Positions 24,535-37,515 of a stretch of DNA of 64,000 bases are shown piece by piece. This DNA is from Setoptus koraiensis (taxonomy: Eukaryota; Animalia; Arthropoda). Positions within the stretch are counted from its first letter, which is position 1, and every line of letters starts with the position of its first letter. The notes beneath the pieces were generated by a model. It searched no databases and had not been told where the DNA came from. It saw only the letters and a program-made list of their open reading frames with translations. The position numbers and the translations under genes are program-made. The stretch is taken from contig CM106585.1 of the NCBI GenBank assembly GCA_048013815.1, positions 15,438,001 through 15,502,000 on the forward strand, read 5' to 3'.

Positions 24535-27500
24535 TAGAATATAATGTTTGTTTGTTTCCAGTGTCGAGCGCATTGACATTGCCAGCGTTGACATTTGACT
24601 CGATTTATAACGACTCGAAATAACGATCTCAACAATCAATGACCAACAATCAATTAACCGATTATTTTGAATTCTTCTCTGCCCCCTGCCCCCCCCCCTC
24701 CCTGGTCCCGCATAACGAACGACGCGATTTGCATAACAGGTGATATCTCTCCGGCAGCAGGTGCTAAAGAGACGCGTCAAGCGCGACTTGGTCGACCTCG
24801 GTCCGGCCCCCCGCTCGCATCATGCCGGCAACCCGGCGTCACAAAATCACAGTCAATCTCAATTCGCCAGAGTGTTGCACCCGATGGGCATTTCACGGCG
24901 GCCCCTGCTGGAGCCCATGTCGAGCGAGGTCGCTTATTCAGCGGCGGCGGCGGACAGTGCCGGCGGGGCCAACAATGGCGCCGGCCAGCACGTAATGATT
25001 GGCGGCGATCTAGATTTGAGCGCCAGCAGTAGCAATTCTAACCCGGTGCCATCGCCGCTGCCCCCGTCGCCCCTATATAGTTTGAATCGCGGTGGCAGCA
25101 GCAACAACAACAACAGTCCAACAGTGAGCAACTTATCGGGGAACAATGGTCACGAGATTAACGTCACTGGCAGCACATTTGGCCGGCCCGCAAGCGCAAC
25201 AGCGGCGCTCTCGTCGGCCGGCTTCGGCAGCGCGACGCCTCAATTTCAATTCAACGATCCCAGCTGGAGCCAAATGTGGTACCTGGTAAGTACTGTTACA
25301 TCATTATCATACTCACGCGGCTACCTGTATGTCGCAGCAAGTTGGCAACAGATTTACATTATACAAATTAACAAACTGTTATCGTCTGCGATGTGAATTA
25401 GATCACCTGATGTGTGTGTGTGTCTGGCAGTGGCGACGTCGCCGCGCGACACACGGCGAGCTCGCCACTGTCAAGCTCGTGCTGTGCCGCCTCACGCCCG
25501 CTGTGAAATGGCCCACTATTTCGCACTCGATCGAATTCAATTTGTCGGGCGACGGCGAGCCAGCAGCGGCGAGCTAGCAGTGGCGAGCCAGCAGCGGCCA
25601 GCCAGCGACGGCCCAGCCAGACAGGTGAAAGACAATGGTCGCAGTGACAAGCACAAAAGAAGAAACGGCCATCATTGTTTTAAAGCCAGAGGATCTGGCT
25701 GTTTCGAATCGGATTGTTCTGCTCGCTTTAGGCCGCTCTTGTCGCTGTCGCTATTGCTGTGTCGACCGGCATCATCTACAATGTAGATTCTGCATGCGCT
25801 TCGAGAGCATGGTCGGTCTGTCGGCGCTCGTCTCGCCAATTTGAACGGTTGTTTTGCGCGCCCGAATTGAGTTGTCAGCACGAGCGCGACACAAATATAT
25901 ACAGTATATATAGAGCGATGACTGCAAAAAACAGGTGACCGGGGCCCTGGCGAGACGGCCTGAAAAGTCTGAGAGTGTCTCACAAGCTATTCTGAGAGTC
26001 TCACAACTCACAGTGAGACGCTCTCAGATTGAGAGGCAGCATTTAATTGCCTGTGCGCTCCAGTTGAAGTGCTCGACGCCGTTGGTCACTTCTATTGTAG
26101 GTGAGCATCACATTGGTCATTACATGACCGTTACAGTACATGAGCCGCGCCAGCTGCCCGCCCGTCACATCACATGATGATGCAACGCTTTTCTGGTTGT
26201 GTCATTCTTTCGCTATCCCCGCCGACTGGCCGAACCCCACCAAATCGGCCAAATCTGTTGTTTGTGGCAGCCGTGGCGTGTTGTATATCTCTTGTTGTGT
26301 ACGTATATCTCGTGTTGTGTACGTATATCTCGTGTTGTGGCTCGAGCGACTGGCGCAACAGAGGCGCAAAAACATTCAGCCAGCCACATGAGAGAGCGGC
26401 CCTTTGTGCAGACTGACAGCACTGATTTGGCACTCGTTTGGCCAAATCGCCAAACGCGGACACAGCTGACAACGGGGAACGTGTCGACGCGCCCAAAGCA
26501 ACAACGCACTCATTAATTATCCCCATCATCATTTGGGCACTCGGCGACGACAGCAGCCCGCCGCCATGACTGCCGGTGGATAACTGCCGGTGGATAACTG
26601 CCAGTGGATGTAACTAAAACTCTCCCAAAGTAACCCCAACACGAAGCAACACGAAGCAACACGAAGCACAACGTACAGTTATGTGGGGCCCACGCGAGGC
26701 GAGCCGTCACGCAATGACACGCGCCAATGATAATGACCCAATATCCGGAATACCGCTCTTGTTTGCTCGTGGTAACATTTGAATGATGCACGTTCGGTTG
26801 ATCTGATCTGGCCAATTCTTTTGGTCGAATCGCACTGGCTCTCTTGCAAAACTTTGCCCCTCAAACAAACAACCCGCGAGAAATGTTTTGCTCCGTGGCA
26901 AACCTGACCTATTGGCCAGTCTGACCTATTGGCCAGTTTGTGCCGTCTAACTGTCTGTGCGGCACACTGTGTCTTGGCGAGCCGTTTTGGGGGCTCCCAG
27001 CAGTTGTGACGAATGCACATTGTGTGTGTGTGTGTGTGTGTTGCGGGGTGCAATCGACCGCATCAGCACGAATTTGGGTGCAAGTGTATGCAATAGTCGG
27101 GATAAACTGTCGACTGGCAATCTAGCCATTGTAAGCAGCAAAAGAAACAACGGTGTGTGTAAATAGGGCGGCCAGACAGGCATGACAAGCATGGAAAGGG
27201 AAGCGATAATAATAATAATAATAACGATAAGAAATAACGACAACCAAGCCAGCCAATAACAAGCAAATCGACAATATCAACAAAGCGCAGCCTATCAATC
27301 ACGGCGGCCATTGTTGTCGGCAGCCATGACTGTGCTTGTACTTGTGTGTTATTAGCAGTGCGTGGTGTTTGTTTGTTACGACATTACGCAACAGACATTA
27401 TATATTATCATATCAACGTCACGTCTCAGGGTCACTGCTGCCGCTACATCGATATGAACTTGTCAGTGGTAGTGGTAGTCGTTGTCGCTGTTGCTGTTGT

Positions 27501-28651
27501 TGGCGTGGATGTTGTTGTTGGCATCGTTGCTATTGTTGGCTTCGTTGTTGCTGTTGGCCTCGGAGGCGCCGATGGGCATGCAAACATCAACGATAACGTT
27601 ATACGGACACAACATGGATACAATTGTGTGGTTGCTGTTATTTGCTACACGCAGACACAATTTGTTTTGTGCCAGCGCCCGATACTCAAATGATAAACAA
27701 ATAATAATGGCCCACCATTTGGGCAGCATCACTTTTATTCCAGTTCCAATAACAAACCCGCCGACGATTTGGGCAGCCGGCCCGACGATCGTCGGGTCGC
27801 CAGTTGCCGGTGGGGCGCGCGGGCGCGATGGGGCCCACTTGTCAATCGTGCGATCGCTGTACATGTTGGTTGCATGCTGTTGTGCGGCAGTGTGGCAGCC
27901 AGCGCACAACAGAGCACCATGGCTGCCAGCCAAACTTGAACTTGACAGCATCATGGGTCCATGCAAAACTCTATATAGATGCCCGTATAAACGTCTCTGT
28001 GTGTCTCGCCAGCACATACATACAAAAATTTTGTCCGCCAGTGTGCAAATCGCTGGCCAGTGCATTCCATACGCGATTGTAGTGGCGGCGATATTTGTGC
28101 GGGGGCGGCGCGCCAGTTTGGCGAGATTTCAGCGAGTTTCAGCATTCTCGATGAAGTGTCTCGGACAGCGCAACAGCACACACAGGTGAGTTTGTTTTGA
28201 TTGAAAGCAGTCGTGATTGATCATTGTGCGCAACAGCAACAGCACACATGTACTGCACTTGTCCACTGCCATACTGCACACATGCAATGACTACAAATGA
28301 CATTTCGCGACAATTGACAGCGCCAGATTATACGCACTGACAACAACTCGGCCATTGTCTCTGTCTGGCAGCTTGCTGTTCCTGTGGCGCCGCTGCTGTT
28401 GCTGCTACTGTTGCTGCTGCTGTTGCTGCTGTGACAACACTGTTGTCACAACACGGCACCAACAACAACAATGCCCGCTGACAACAACAACGACAATAAC
28501 GCTGCGACAAATTGCATAATAAATTACACCTAGATCAGTGATAGTGGATCGAGTGTGTTCCCGCGCTGGTCATTCGCACACTGACCAGCAGGCGCCAACA
28601 GTAGTTATGCTCCAGATAAGCCGTGGCGTTGTTGTTGTCGTCGAGGACAAT

Positions 28652-28685
<34 letters not shown>

Positions 28686-31600
28686 GTGCGACATTGTTAG
28701 AACAATTTAAATATGTTTTCCATGTCGCAAGTTGATTATTGCAGCGTAAATTGCATTTTGCACCGTCGAGTCGCTTTGCTGCTGGCCGCGCCGGCGGCCA
28801 GCAAACAATTTTAATACTTGTAATTTTTGCACACTCTCACCGTATATGGCCCGGTCGCATATATCACACATGCACACTTTATCTGATAAAGTTTATCATG
28901 CGCATTAGTGACACCTATGAGTTTCATACGTTTGCAGTATGAGTTTCGCAGTGTGAGTTTCGCAGTGCGAGTTTTGCAGAGTGAGTTTCACAGCGTCAGT
29001 TTCATGGAGCGAAATGTAGTTAGTGCGGCCCGATGTGAGACTCACAACGTGAGTAATGGCAAAATAATAACAGTAATGATAATGGCAAATTGCAAGTTCC
29101 CCTGGCGGCCAAGTGTGCACTTGAGCGGGGGCTCTCAATGGCTAAGTGCGAGCCGGCCGCTGAGTAGCGCCGCTGACACGGCCGGCTCGCATTGAGCCAG
29201 CGGAGTGGACAGGCGGCGGCGAGCCGGAGCAGATTGGCGAAAGTATGCAAACATTGGCAAGCGTTTACCTGCCACCAGCGTCATGCTCCGTGAGCCGGCG
29301 CCATTTCGGTGTCACGGTGACAGGTGAGCTGTGCGCTATGGGCCCGACAATGCGACAAGTTGATGATTATTGACACGTAAGAGCGAAAATAAATTTACAA
29401 TGCAACACACACACACAGGTTGTGCAAAGTCCTTTGTTTGTGCCTGTCGCAAGGGTGTGACGGTGGCCAGGTGACCTACTATTAGCGGCCTACTATAGCG
29501 GCCGAACAACGACAGCGCAGTGGCAGTTGATTAAAAGCATCGGGACAATGCCACCGCTGACATAATATTATACATTGGGGCCCAACGTAATATTACGCAA
29601 GCGGCGCGTAATCTGTCTCGCCGCCACTGCCAACAATGGGGCGCCTCCATCGGCTTAGACGGGCCCCATTGGGCCCACTGGGCCCGTCTGGGTTAGACCG
29701 TCTGAGTTAGACCGTCTGAGTTAGACCGTCCAACTTGGACGGTCTAGGCCGTCGCTGTTGGCGCTGTCGCCTGCGTGGGCTCACAGTTGTGATTGTTGGC
29801 GTCGTGTCGCCCCACTAAACAACTGAACCACTAACAGTCAGTTGCAGAGCCTGCGTTTATCGCACGATATCGCACACATGCCAGGCTCAGCCGTACGCCA
29901 CGAGCCTGTCCCATCCGTCTTGTCGCTATTACATAATAATGCGTCGTCCCCCTTTTAGCTTGAATTGTTTTATGGCCGCACGCCAGTTGTGGTGGTGGCG
30001 CTGGCAGCGCTTATAAATGCCGCTAGGCTCGCTCAATGAAATGATTTGCATTTCGGCGTTCGGCTCGCGTTTCCACATGACGAATTCTCTCTGTTTTTTC
30101 AGCAGCGACTTATATGATGCCGGCTGGCGCCGATAAATTTATCGCCAAGCCAAATTTGCCACGCGATACAACGCGAGATACAAGCCGACTCATGTTTTAT
30201 GTTTATATCGCTTGTTTATCCGCTTTTGGCGCATAAACATGGCGCCCACGATGGCGCCACCTGTTTAGAAATGTCCCGTATGTGCGCAGTTGCCCAGGCG
30301 ATTGCGAACGAAACTTAAACTAAAAACTAAAATCTAAATACTCAACAGCGCCAACTAGGTAAGAGGCATAGATTGGCGTATCAAGTTGGCCCAATCCGGC
30401 GCCAGCACACGAACGACAGTATCCAGATTAATGGCAACGGCAACTGGCGCTGGCGTCGCTGCGTTCGCAGGGGCCCCTGTCAAGCGGAAAATGCTTGTAA
30501 TCCTTGTTTGTTGTCGTGTGTCGCCCGGCATGTATATTCATGTAAGCGCGTTCACTTGCATATTCATGTGCGAGGCGGGCGCTGCAAGTGGGGCCCGGCG
30601 GCCGCCAAGACGAGCCGCTGACAGGGACTATTGAGGCGAAAATTTCGCCTCTTTCTTCGCTTGTTTGTTGTCGGAAGGGGCCGGCCCGTTTTTGGGCGGC
30701 CGCCGACGAAAATTGTCAGCGTACGCTTATGTTGTCATTGTTAGTTGCTGGTTGGCTAGTCGCGCCACCCAAATTGCAAGTTGCGCAACGCAATTCAATT
30801 CGCCAGCCAGCCAGCCAAATCTAACGGCCCCCTAGCCAAGGCTAACGGGCAAATATGACAGGCCCAGCGCTTACATAATACACACACACACACACATAAG
30901 CGAGCTTGTATTGGCAAATGTGTAGTTGTTGTATTAATGCCCGCCGCCAGTTACATAACTGCTAAATAGATGGATAGATAAAAAGACGCAGTTCATGATG
31001 AAAATCAATTTGTTTGCTCAGCCGGCCACCTTGGGCCGACTCCGCTGGCGGCTACTTAACTGGCTGCGGTCTGCACAACGGGCCGGACAGACACTATTAA
31101 CGACACGTTGCCGCCAGACTGGCCCCTTGGTCGGCCCGGATCCGGGCCCGTCCGCTCTCAACGTCGCTCCCTGTTCGCTCTCCATGTTGCTCTCCATTTC
31201 GCTCCCTGTTTGGGTTCGGCGAGCCCTGTGTCGGGGCTCGATTTGCTGTCCGGGGCCAGTTCATTGGCGGGCGGCCCCCCATTTCGACTGGCCATTTTCA
31301 GCGTATAATGCGCCCTGCAAGACACGGGGCCACACTCGACAGCGCTGGCTGTAAAAATAAATTAATGGCCGCCCGAAATGGCGAGCGCTATCTATCGTTT
31401 GGTAGTCGGGCGTCGCGCTTGCTTCACTGGGGCCGGCTAGAGGGCCCCAACTGGGGCCGCCACCACTAAAGCGCGTCGAGAGGAAGCGCATCAATGGCCG
31501 CTACTTGACGATTTTTGGTCTCTCGCAAGCGCAAGCACGCGCAACACACGAAATGACATTCTCAGCCATTCTGTCTTAATGGACACGCGTGCTGATATCA

Positions 31601-34600
31601 ATCAGACGGCCCTAATTATATCGCAGTGTTTGCCAAACTGACCTTGTTTCACGGGCCCGTTTGGCCGCAATTGCTCATCGAAGGCGCCCGTTTGCGCCGC
31701 CATCCAGAGCGCCGATGCCACGCACAGCCGGACTGCCTCTATCGGGCCGGACGAAAAGGCCCGACGGAGGCCAGTGAGGGGCCAGTGAGAGGCCAGCGAG
31801 AAAGCGCTGAACTGGCTTGTGACGCGGGCCCCAGCCGGAGCTCGGAGTGGCGGCTGCGTTTTCAAATTCAATCATTTCAATGGTGACAGCGCGCACAATT
31901 TGCGACCACTGTCACACGACATGAGCGACATCGACGACAGCGCCAATTCGCTGCCAAGACCACGGCTCGCTGTGTTTGGCTCACTTGCCCGAAATGGATA
32001 CGCGCACTGTGCACGCTGTCACGAGATTGGGGCCCCAGACAACAACATGTGCGCGTGATGTCGGACCTTTTGTTGTTGCCCTCCCACACGAGTTGCCGCG
32101 CCGGCGTGTCGGCCGTGTTTGGGCCCGTCTTGATATTTGGGCTGGCTGGCTGATGATTAATCTCGGTTAACAGTGGCACTGTGATTATATATATATCAAA
32201 CTTATATATATATCAGTTGGACAGACAGCCCGGCAGAGGGACAGAGCGACGCAGCGACAGAGAGCTGGCGCCAGCGAGACATCAATTTGTGGTGAGCCCA
32301 TCAAGCGCAAGTCTGTGTGTGCCGAGCCAACACTCGGCCCCATTGCCCCGCTTGGGCTCGGCCCGCTGACTAATTGGTGAAAGTGGGCCCCATCGGGCGC
32401 TAGAGTGAGTGGCTGCCAGTGGCCGGTCGCTACCAATAAACTATTAAAAGCGTTGCGTGCGTTATGGGCCCGCTGACCGCACACTCGGGCCGGCCCGCTG
32501 TCGTCGCGTTGCATGAGCCGAGCGAGCTGTATTAACTCGCCCTCCAACTCCGTGCCCACTGTGACTCGACACGGCGGCTCGGACATGGCGGCCCGGATAC
32601 AGCGGCTCGGATATGACGCGCCCGTTTGAGGGGCCCCAAACAGATTAATGGCAGCCGGCGGCGAGTATCGCCAGCCATAGTTTTGTAGCCAGTAAGCGGA
32701 GCGGCCACTTTTGACTGCATGTGCTACCGCTGCGAGCCACTTGCGATCCCCTTCGATATCGATCTCGCGTCGGGACCCGCCGGCGCCGCTCAATTGCACC
32801 CGCAACGACCACTGGCCCCTTGTGTATTTCCCGTTATCCGTCCTCTGTGGTGATTATATAATGATTTGCCGTCTAGTGGCAGCAGCAACAACCCACAGCA
32901 ACTCACAAATCGTCGGACAAATAGAGCTGGCTGGCAACACACACACAATTACCGTTATTGTTGCGCATGCAAATGAATAAATAATAATCTCTCCGTGTCT
33001 CCCAAACCCGCAACGCCGCTGCACCCCAACCCCAACGCAACCCTCAAACCCGCCACCATCTCGAACAACCCGAACAACCGAACAACCCGGACGACACGGA
33101 CGACCCGGACGACCCGAACTACCCGACCAATTGTGCTCCCGAACGACCGTTCGCAAACCGCAGGACCGGGGCGCCAAAAACGGCTTCGATCTCAACGTGA
33201 TGGCCGCCTGGAACATGGGCTACACGGGCAAGGGAATTGTGATAACCATACTGGACGACGGACTTGAGAAGGACCATCCCGACCTGCAGGCCAACTATGT
33301 GAGTCCCTCTAGGAGCGCCATCTATCTCGCGTTCTCAGATGTACACTGCTCTTGAACTGCTCCCATTACGTGGCTTGCCATTTCTTGGGCCATTTCTTGG
33401 GCCATTTCTTGGGCTGTTTCTCAGGCGACTGCTAACTGACGCACAACATCATTTATCTGCTTCTTTCAATTACTGCTCGCGTTATTATCCATTGTGGGCG
33501 CCACCTGTCCGTTGGTGTCGGACACACACACACAGGATCCCAAGGCCAGCTTCGATATTAATGGAGACGACAGCGACCCGATGCCCCGCTACGACATGGC
33601 CGACTCTAACAGGCACGGAACGCGGTGCGCCGGCGAGGTGGCCGCCGTTTCAGAGAACAATATATGTTCGGTGGGCATTGCCTTCAATTCAAAAGTTGGC
33701 GGCGTCAGAATGCTCGACGGCGACGTCACCGATGCCGTGGAGGCGCGCAGCCTGAGCCTAAATCAGCAGCACATACACATTTACAGCGCCTCGTGGGGCC
33801 CCGACGACAACGGCAAAACTGTCGACGGCCCGGGCGAGCTGGCCACGCACGCCTTCATCGAGGGCGTCACTAACGGGCGCCAGGGGCTGGGCTCCATATT
33901 TGTGTTTGCTTCTGGCAACGGCGGCAGAGGTAAGTCAACAGCCTATGTCCACCATCAATTATGTCCGCTGGCCGCGTTTGTTGTGTCGCTGATGATGGTG
34001 CGGCCGGCGGACGCGGTAACGAGAACGGGCAGCGGCGCACTAGTACTTAACCGGCTCCAAAAATAGCCCTCGTCTCATTGTTTTGTTGCGCTGTTCGCGT
34101 TTCTTGCGTGCCGCTCCTTCCGCCGGCCGCCATCATCAGCGCGGCCAGCGCATTATTGGCCGCTGATGATGCGCCCCTCCGCCGGCACGATCTCGCTGAT
34201 GATGTAATAGGATACGCGAGGTTGGCCGCCGCCGCTGCACTGCAAAACAGCAAAACACGCGTATCGCACGAGCTCGCTAACTAACAATATCTGACAATAG
34301 GAGTACGTGCGACGCGCCTGTTTCGCGCTGTTTTGTCGCGCTGCTGGGCTGGCCAACGGGCCACTTAGCCCGCAAGTCGGCCCGTAAGTTGCGTAACTCA
34401 CGGGCCGACTCACGGGCCGACCTGCCGGCTAAGTGGCGCTTTGCCCGACTGGAGCCGCCGCAAAACTTGTCGTCGCTGCCGGAGGCTCCTCGCTCAAGTG
34501 CGACATGGCCGCCAGCCCGACAGCGGCAGCTCGACATCGGCAGCCCGACATCCGCAGCCCGACATCCGCAGCGGCAGCCTGCCAGCAGCGGGAGCGGGTG

Positions 34601-37515
34601 ACAGCGACTGGCAGCGCCGTCGAGGAGACTGGCGGCACCGCCGAGCAGACTGGCGGCACCGCCGAGCAGACTGGCGGCACCGTTGAGGCAATTTGTAGGC
34701 AGCGCGTGGGCGCAATTACTACGAAGCCGGTGCCGGCCCCATCGCTGCTGGCTCCACGTGATTACATCAGCGCAAATTGATTTGCCACAGGCGGGCGGGC
34801 GAGCTGTCAGTTTCAGTTGCAATCACGAGTTGTTGCAGCCAGCGAGCGAGCGAGCAATGTTATAACCAGCAAGCACTAACTCTGTCTTTGTTGTTTTATT
34901 CATTACGTCATCGTGGCGCCCCATGGTTGCGACCCAATTGCGACGACCTGGCAGAGTTTGATAATTGCAACTGTGATGGCTACACCAACTCAATATGGAC
35001 ACTGTCGATAAGTAGCGCCACCGAAAACGGTCTAGTTCCTTGGTACAGGTGAGTAGAGTGTACAGTCTACAGTGGGCTGGCTATATATAAATTGGTGCCG
35101 CGAGCGTGCCCAAACATCCTTGGCCATTCCACTCGAATTGCTTGAATGCTGTCGTCAGCACTCATGCCTTATTCACCAGTCAGCCAGCCAGCCAGCGTAC
35201 GGTTACATAATTTATTGATTGCCATTATTATCTTTGTCCGCCCTTATCCGCTCTGCGCTTTGTCCGCACCGCACCGCGCCGCGCCGACCCGCCGACGCCA
35301 TTGGACAACAAAAACAACAACAACAACAACAACAACCCTTGCCGTCACCATTATTGCGCACGACGACAATTGACAGCGAGGCCTGCTCCTCGACACTGGC
35401 CACCACCTACAGCAGCGGCTCCTACGACGAGCGCCAGATTATCACTACCGACTTGCATCACTCGTGCACCTCTAGTCACACGGGCACGTCCGCTTCGGCG
35501 CCCCTGGCGGCGGGCATTTGTGCGCTGGTTCTCGAGGCCAACCCAAAGCTCACCTGGCGCGACATGCAACACATTGTGGTGAGAACCGCTAAGCCGGCCA
35601 ATTTGATAGCCAAGGATTGGCGCACAAATTCGCTGGGCAGAAACGTTTCGCATTCGTTTGGCTACGGACTAATGGACGCCGCCGCCATGATACATCTAGC
35701 TAAACGCTGGAACACGGTGCCCATTCAGTATACTTGCGAAGTGAGATCGCCAACAATGGACAAGGCCATACCAAGCAAGGGATATATTGAGCTTAAATTG
35801 CAGGCCGCTTGCAACAATATCCATCATTTGGAGCATGTACAATCTAAGATAACGCTAAGCTCCGCTAGACGGGGCGATTTGCATATATATCTGGTGTCGC
35901 CGCACGGTACCCGATCTACGCTGCTGGCTCAGCGACCGCACGACACGGCCAAGCAAGGCTTCAGAAATTGGCCCTTTATGACGGTGCACTCGTGGGGCGA
36001 ACACCCAAACGGCGAATGGACCCTAGAGGTGCACAATGAGGGCAAGCAAATGAACAGGGCCCATCTAAAGGAGTGGACACTCATATTGTACGGCACAGAC
36101 GTCGATGTCAACAGCAGCGTCGAGCAACACAACAACAAACCGGCCCAGGCCACTTCCGCTCCCACCAGGCTGCCCAAACCGGCCCAAAGTGGTCAGTTCA
36201 GTAGCCACAGGCCGGCAGCGGCAGCGGGCGCAAATAACCAGCAGCCGCAGCAGCCCAATCTGGTTGCGCCCACGAGCGTGCCAACGTTCAGTTTGCCAGC
36301 CAACGTCAACAACGTGCCAACAACACCGACGACAACATTAAATCCAGTTACTAATTTCCCTACCATAGAGCCCGTCACTGCGCCCACTCCGGCCCAGCCG
36401 GCCCATCAACAACAACAAACTGCCGGACACCACCAACAACAACAACAACCGCAACCTCAATCGCATCAGCCCACCAGCGGCTTGCACGACCAACCACTGA
36501 GACCGACGTCGCTCAACAGAACCGGCAGCGGTTTGCAGCAACCGTCGCCCAACACGGACCGTTATGCGCCCAAGCCGCACCACCACCACAACAACAACAA
36601 CAACCTGAACAACCAGAACAACCACCACCACAACCACCAGACCAATCAGCACCAGCAACAATACTCGTCGCCGGCGCCTCCTCAACAGACTGTGCCGCCG
36701 GCCCAGAGTGGCCCGTCGCAGCCAAAAATAATAACTCCCATCAGCTCGACGGCTGCCGTTGACCTATATGGCAGCAACAACAACTCGTTGCCGGGCAAAA
36801 CGTTCGGCCAGCAGCAGCAACAACAACAACACAACAACCAAAACAATGAGTTTATCATACACGACTACAACAACAACCGACAGATGGCGGTGCCAAAACC
36901 ACCAGTCGACCCGGGCACCGTGCTGGCGGACGACAACAAGATTGATATCATCAAGCCATCTATTCATCAGCAAACTACCTCGGCAAACGCCAATAGTGAG
37001 AAGGCCACCACAACGCCGCCTATCGTCATGGACGAATGTAAGTCATCATTACGTAATATGAATTATAAGTTTGAGTGGCTGCACAATTTGTGGCGCTCAC
37101 TTGATAAACTCAAACTAATCTCCATTTGGGCTCTCTATCTCTTCCGATCCACTGACTCGCCGGCCGATAACTGTCAATTGGCCGCTGATTGTCAATTGGC
37201 CGCTGATTGTCAACTGGACAATGATTGTCAACTGGACGATGATTGTCGATTGGCTGATAATTTTCCATTGGCGTATAAACATCAGTCGGCAGCAACGGAC
37301 TGGACAACAACCAGATAACGGGAAGCACCACGGCCACTAAAGACTACAGGAGTAGTGGCAACAATCAGCTCGTGGACTCAAACTCTTGCTCGCCACTAGC
37401 TGCGCCATCTATTTTCGTCATGATCACTCTGACTGCACTTGCGCATTTGACGGCCTCACTGGTGTTGGCCCCCCGCCCCCGCACTCATCATTACTCATTG
37501 TCAAGTGTCAAGTAA
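11849..37515 (+). CDS. Fur1: Furin-like proprotein convertase (peptidase S8B, kexin family), 7 exons, 1136 aa
   Basis: Exons 11849-12199, 24740-25285, 33164-33298, 33536-33929, 34955-35048, 35377-37037 and 37286-37515, all GT-AG and phase-compatible (3411 nt). Contains the prodomain ([12 protein letters not shown]..., RVKR cleavage site), catalytic D (ILDDG), H (RHGTRCAGE), oxyanion N (SGNGG), S (GTSASAP), a P-domain with RRGDL, a Q/N/H/T-rich linker and a C-terminal hydrophobic segment. The last exon is the least certain. Confidence 0.93.
18248..18302. repeat. Two adjacent perfect inverted repeats (13-bp and 11-bp arms)
   Basis: GCGCGCGTTGTGA-C-TCACAACGCGCGC (18248-18274) and GTCAAATTGAT-GGT-ATCAATTTGAC (18278-18302). 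Confidence 0.9.
19548..19646. repeat. 20-bp minisatellite, about 5 copies (GGCCCAAAGTCGCTGGAGCC)
   Basis: The 20-nt periodicity is directly visible. Confidence 0.9.
37163..37260. repeat. 18-bp minisatellite, about 5.4 copies, in the last furin intron
   Basis: GCCGCTGATTGTCAATTG-type units start at 37163, 37181, 37199, 37217 and 37235. Confidence 0.9.

Noticed and set aside
27463-28189. Overlapping 200-aa and 235-aa ORFs on opposite strands
   Set aside because: GC-rich intron sequence with stop-poor repeats and no recognisable motifs.
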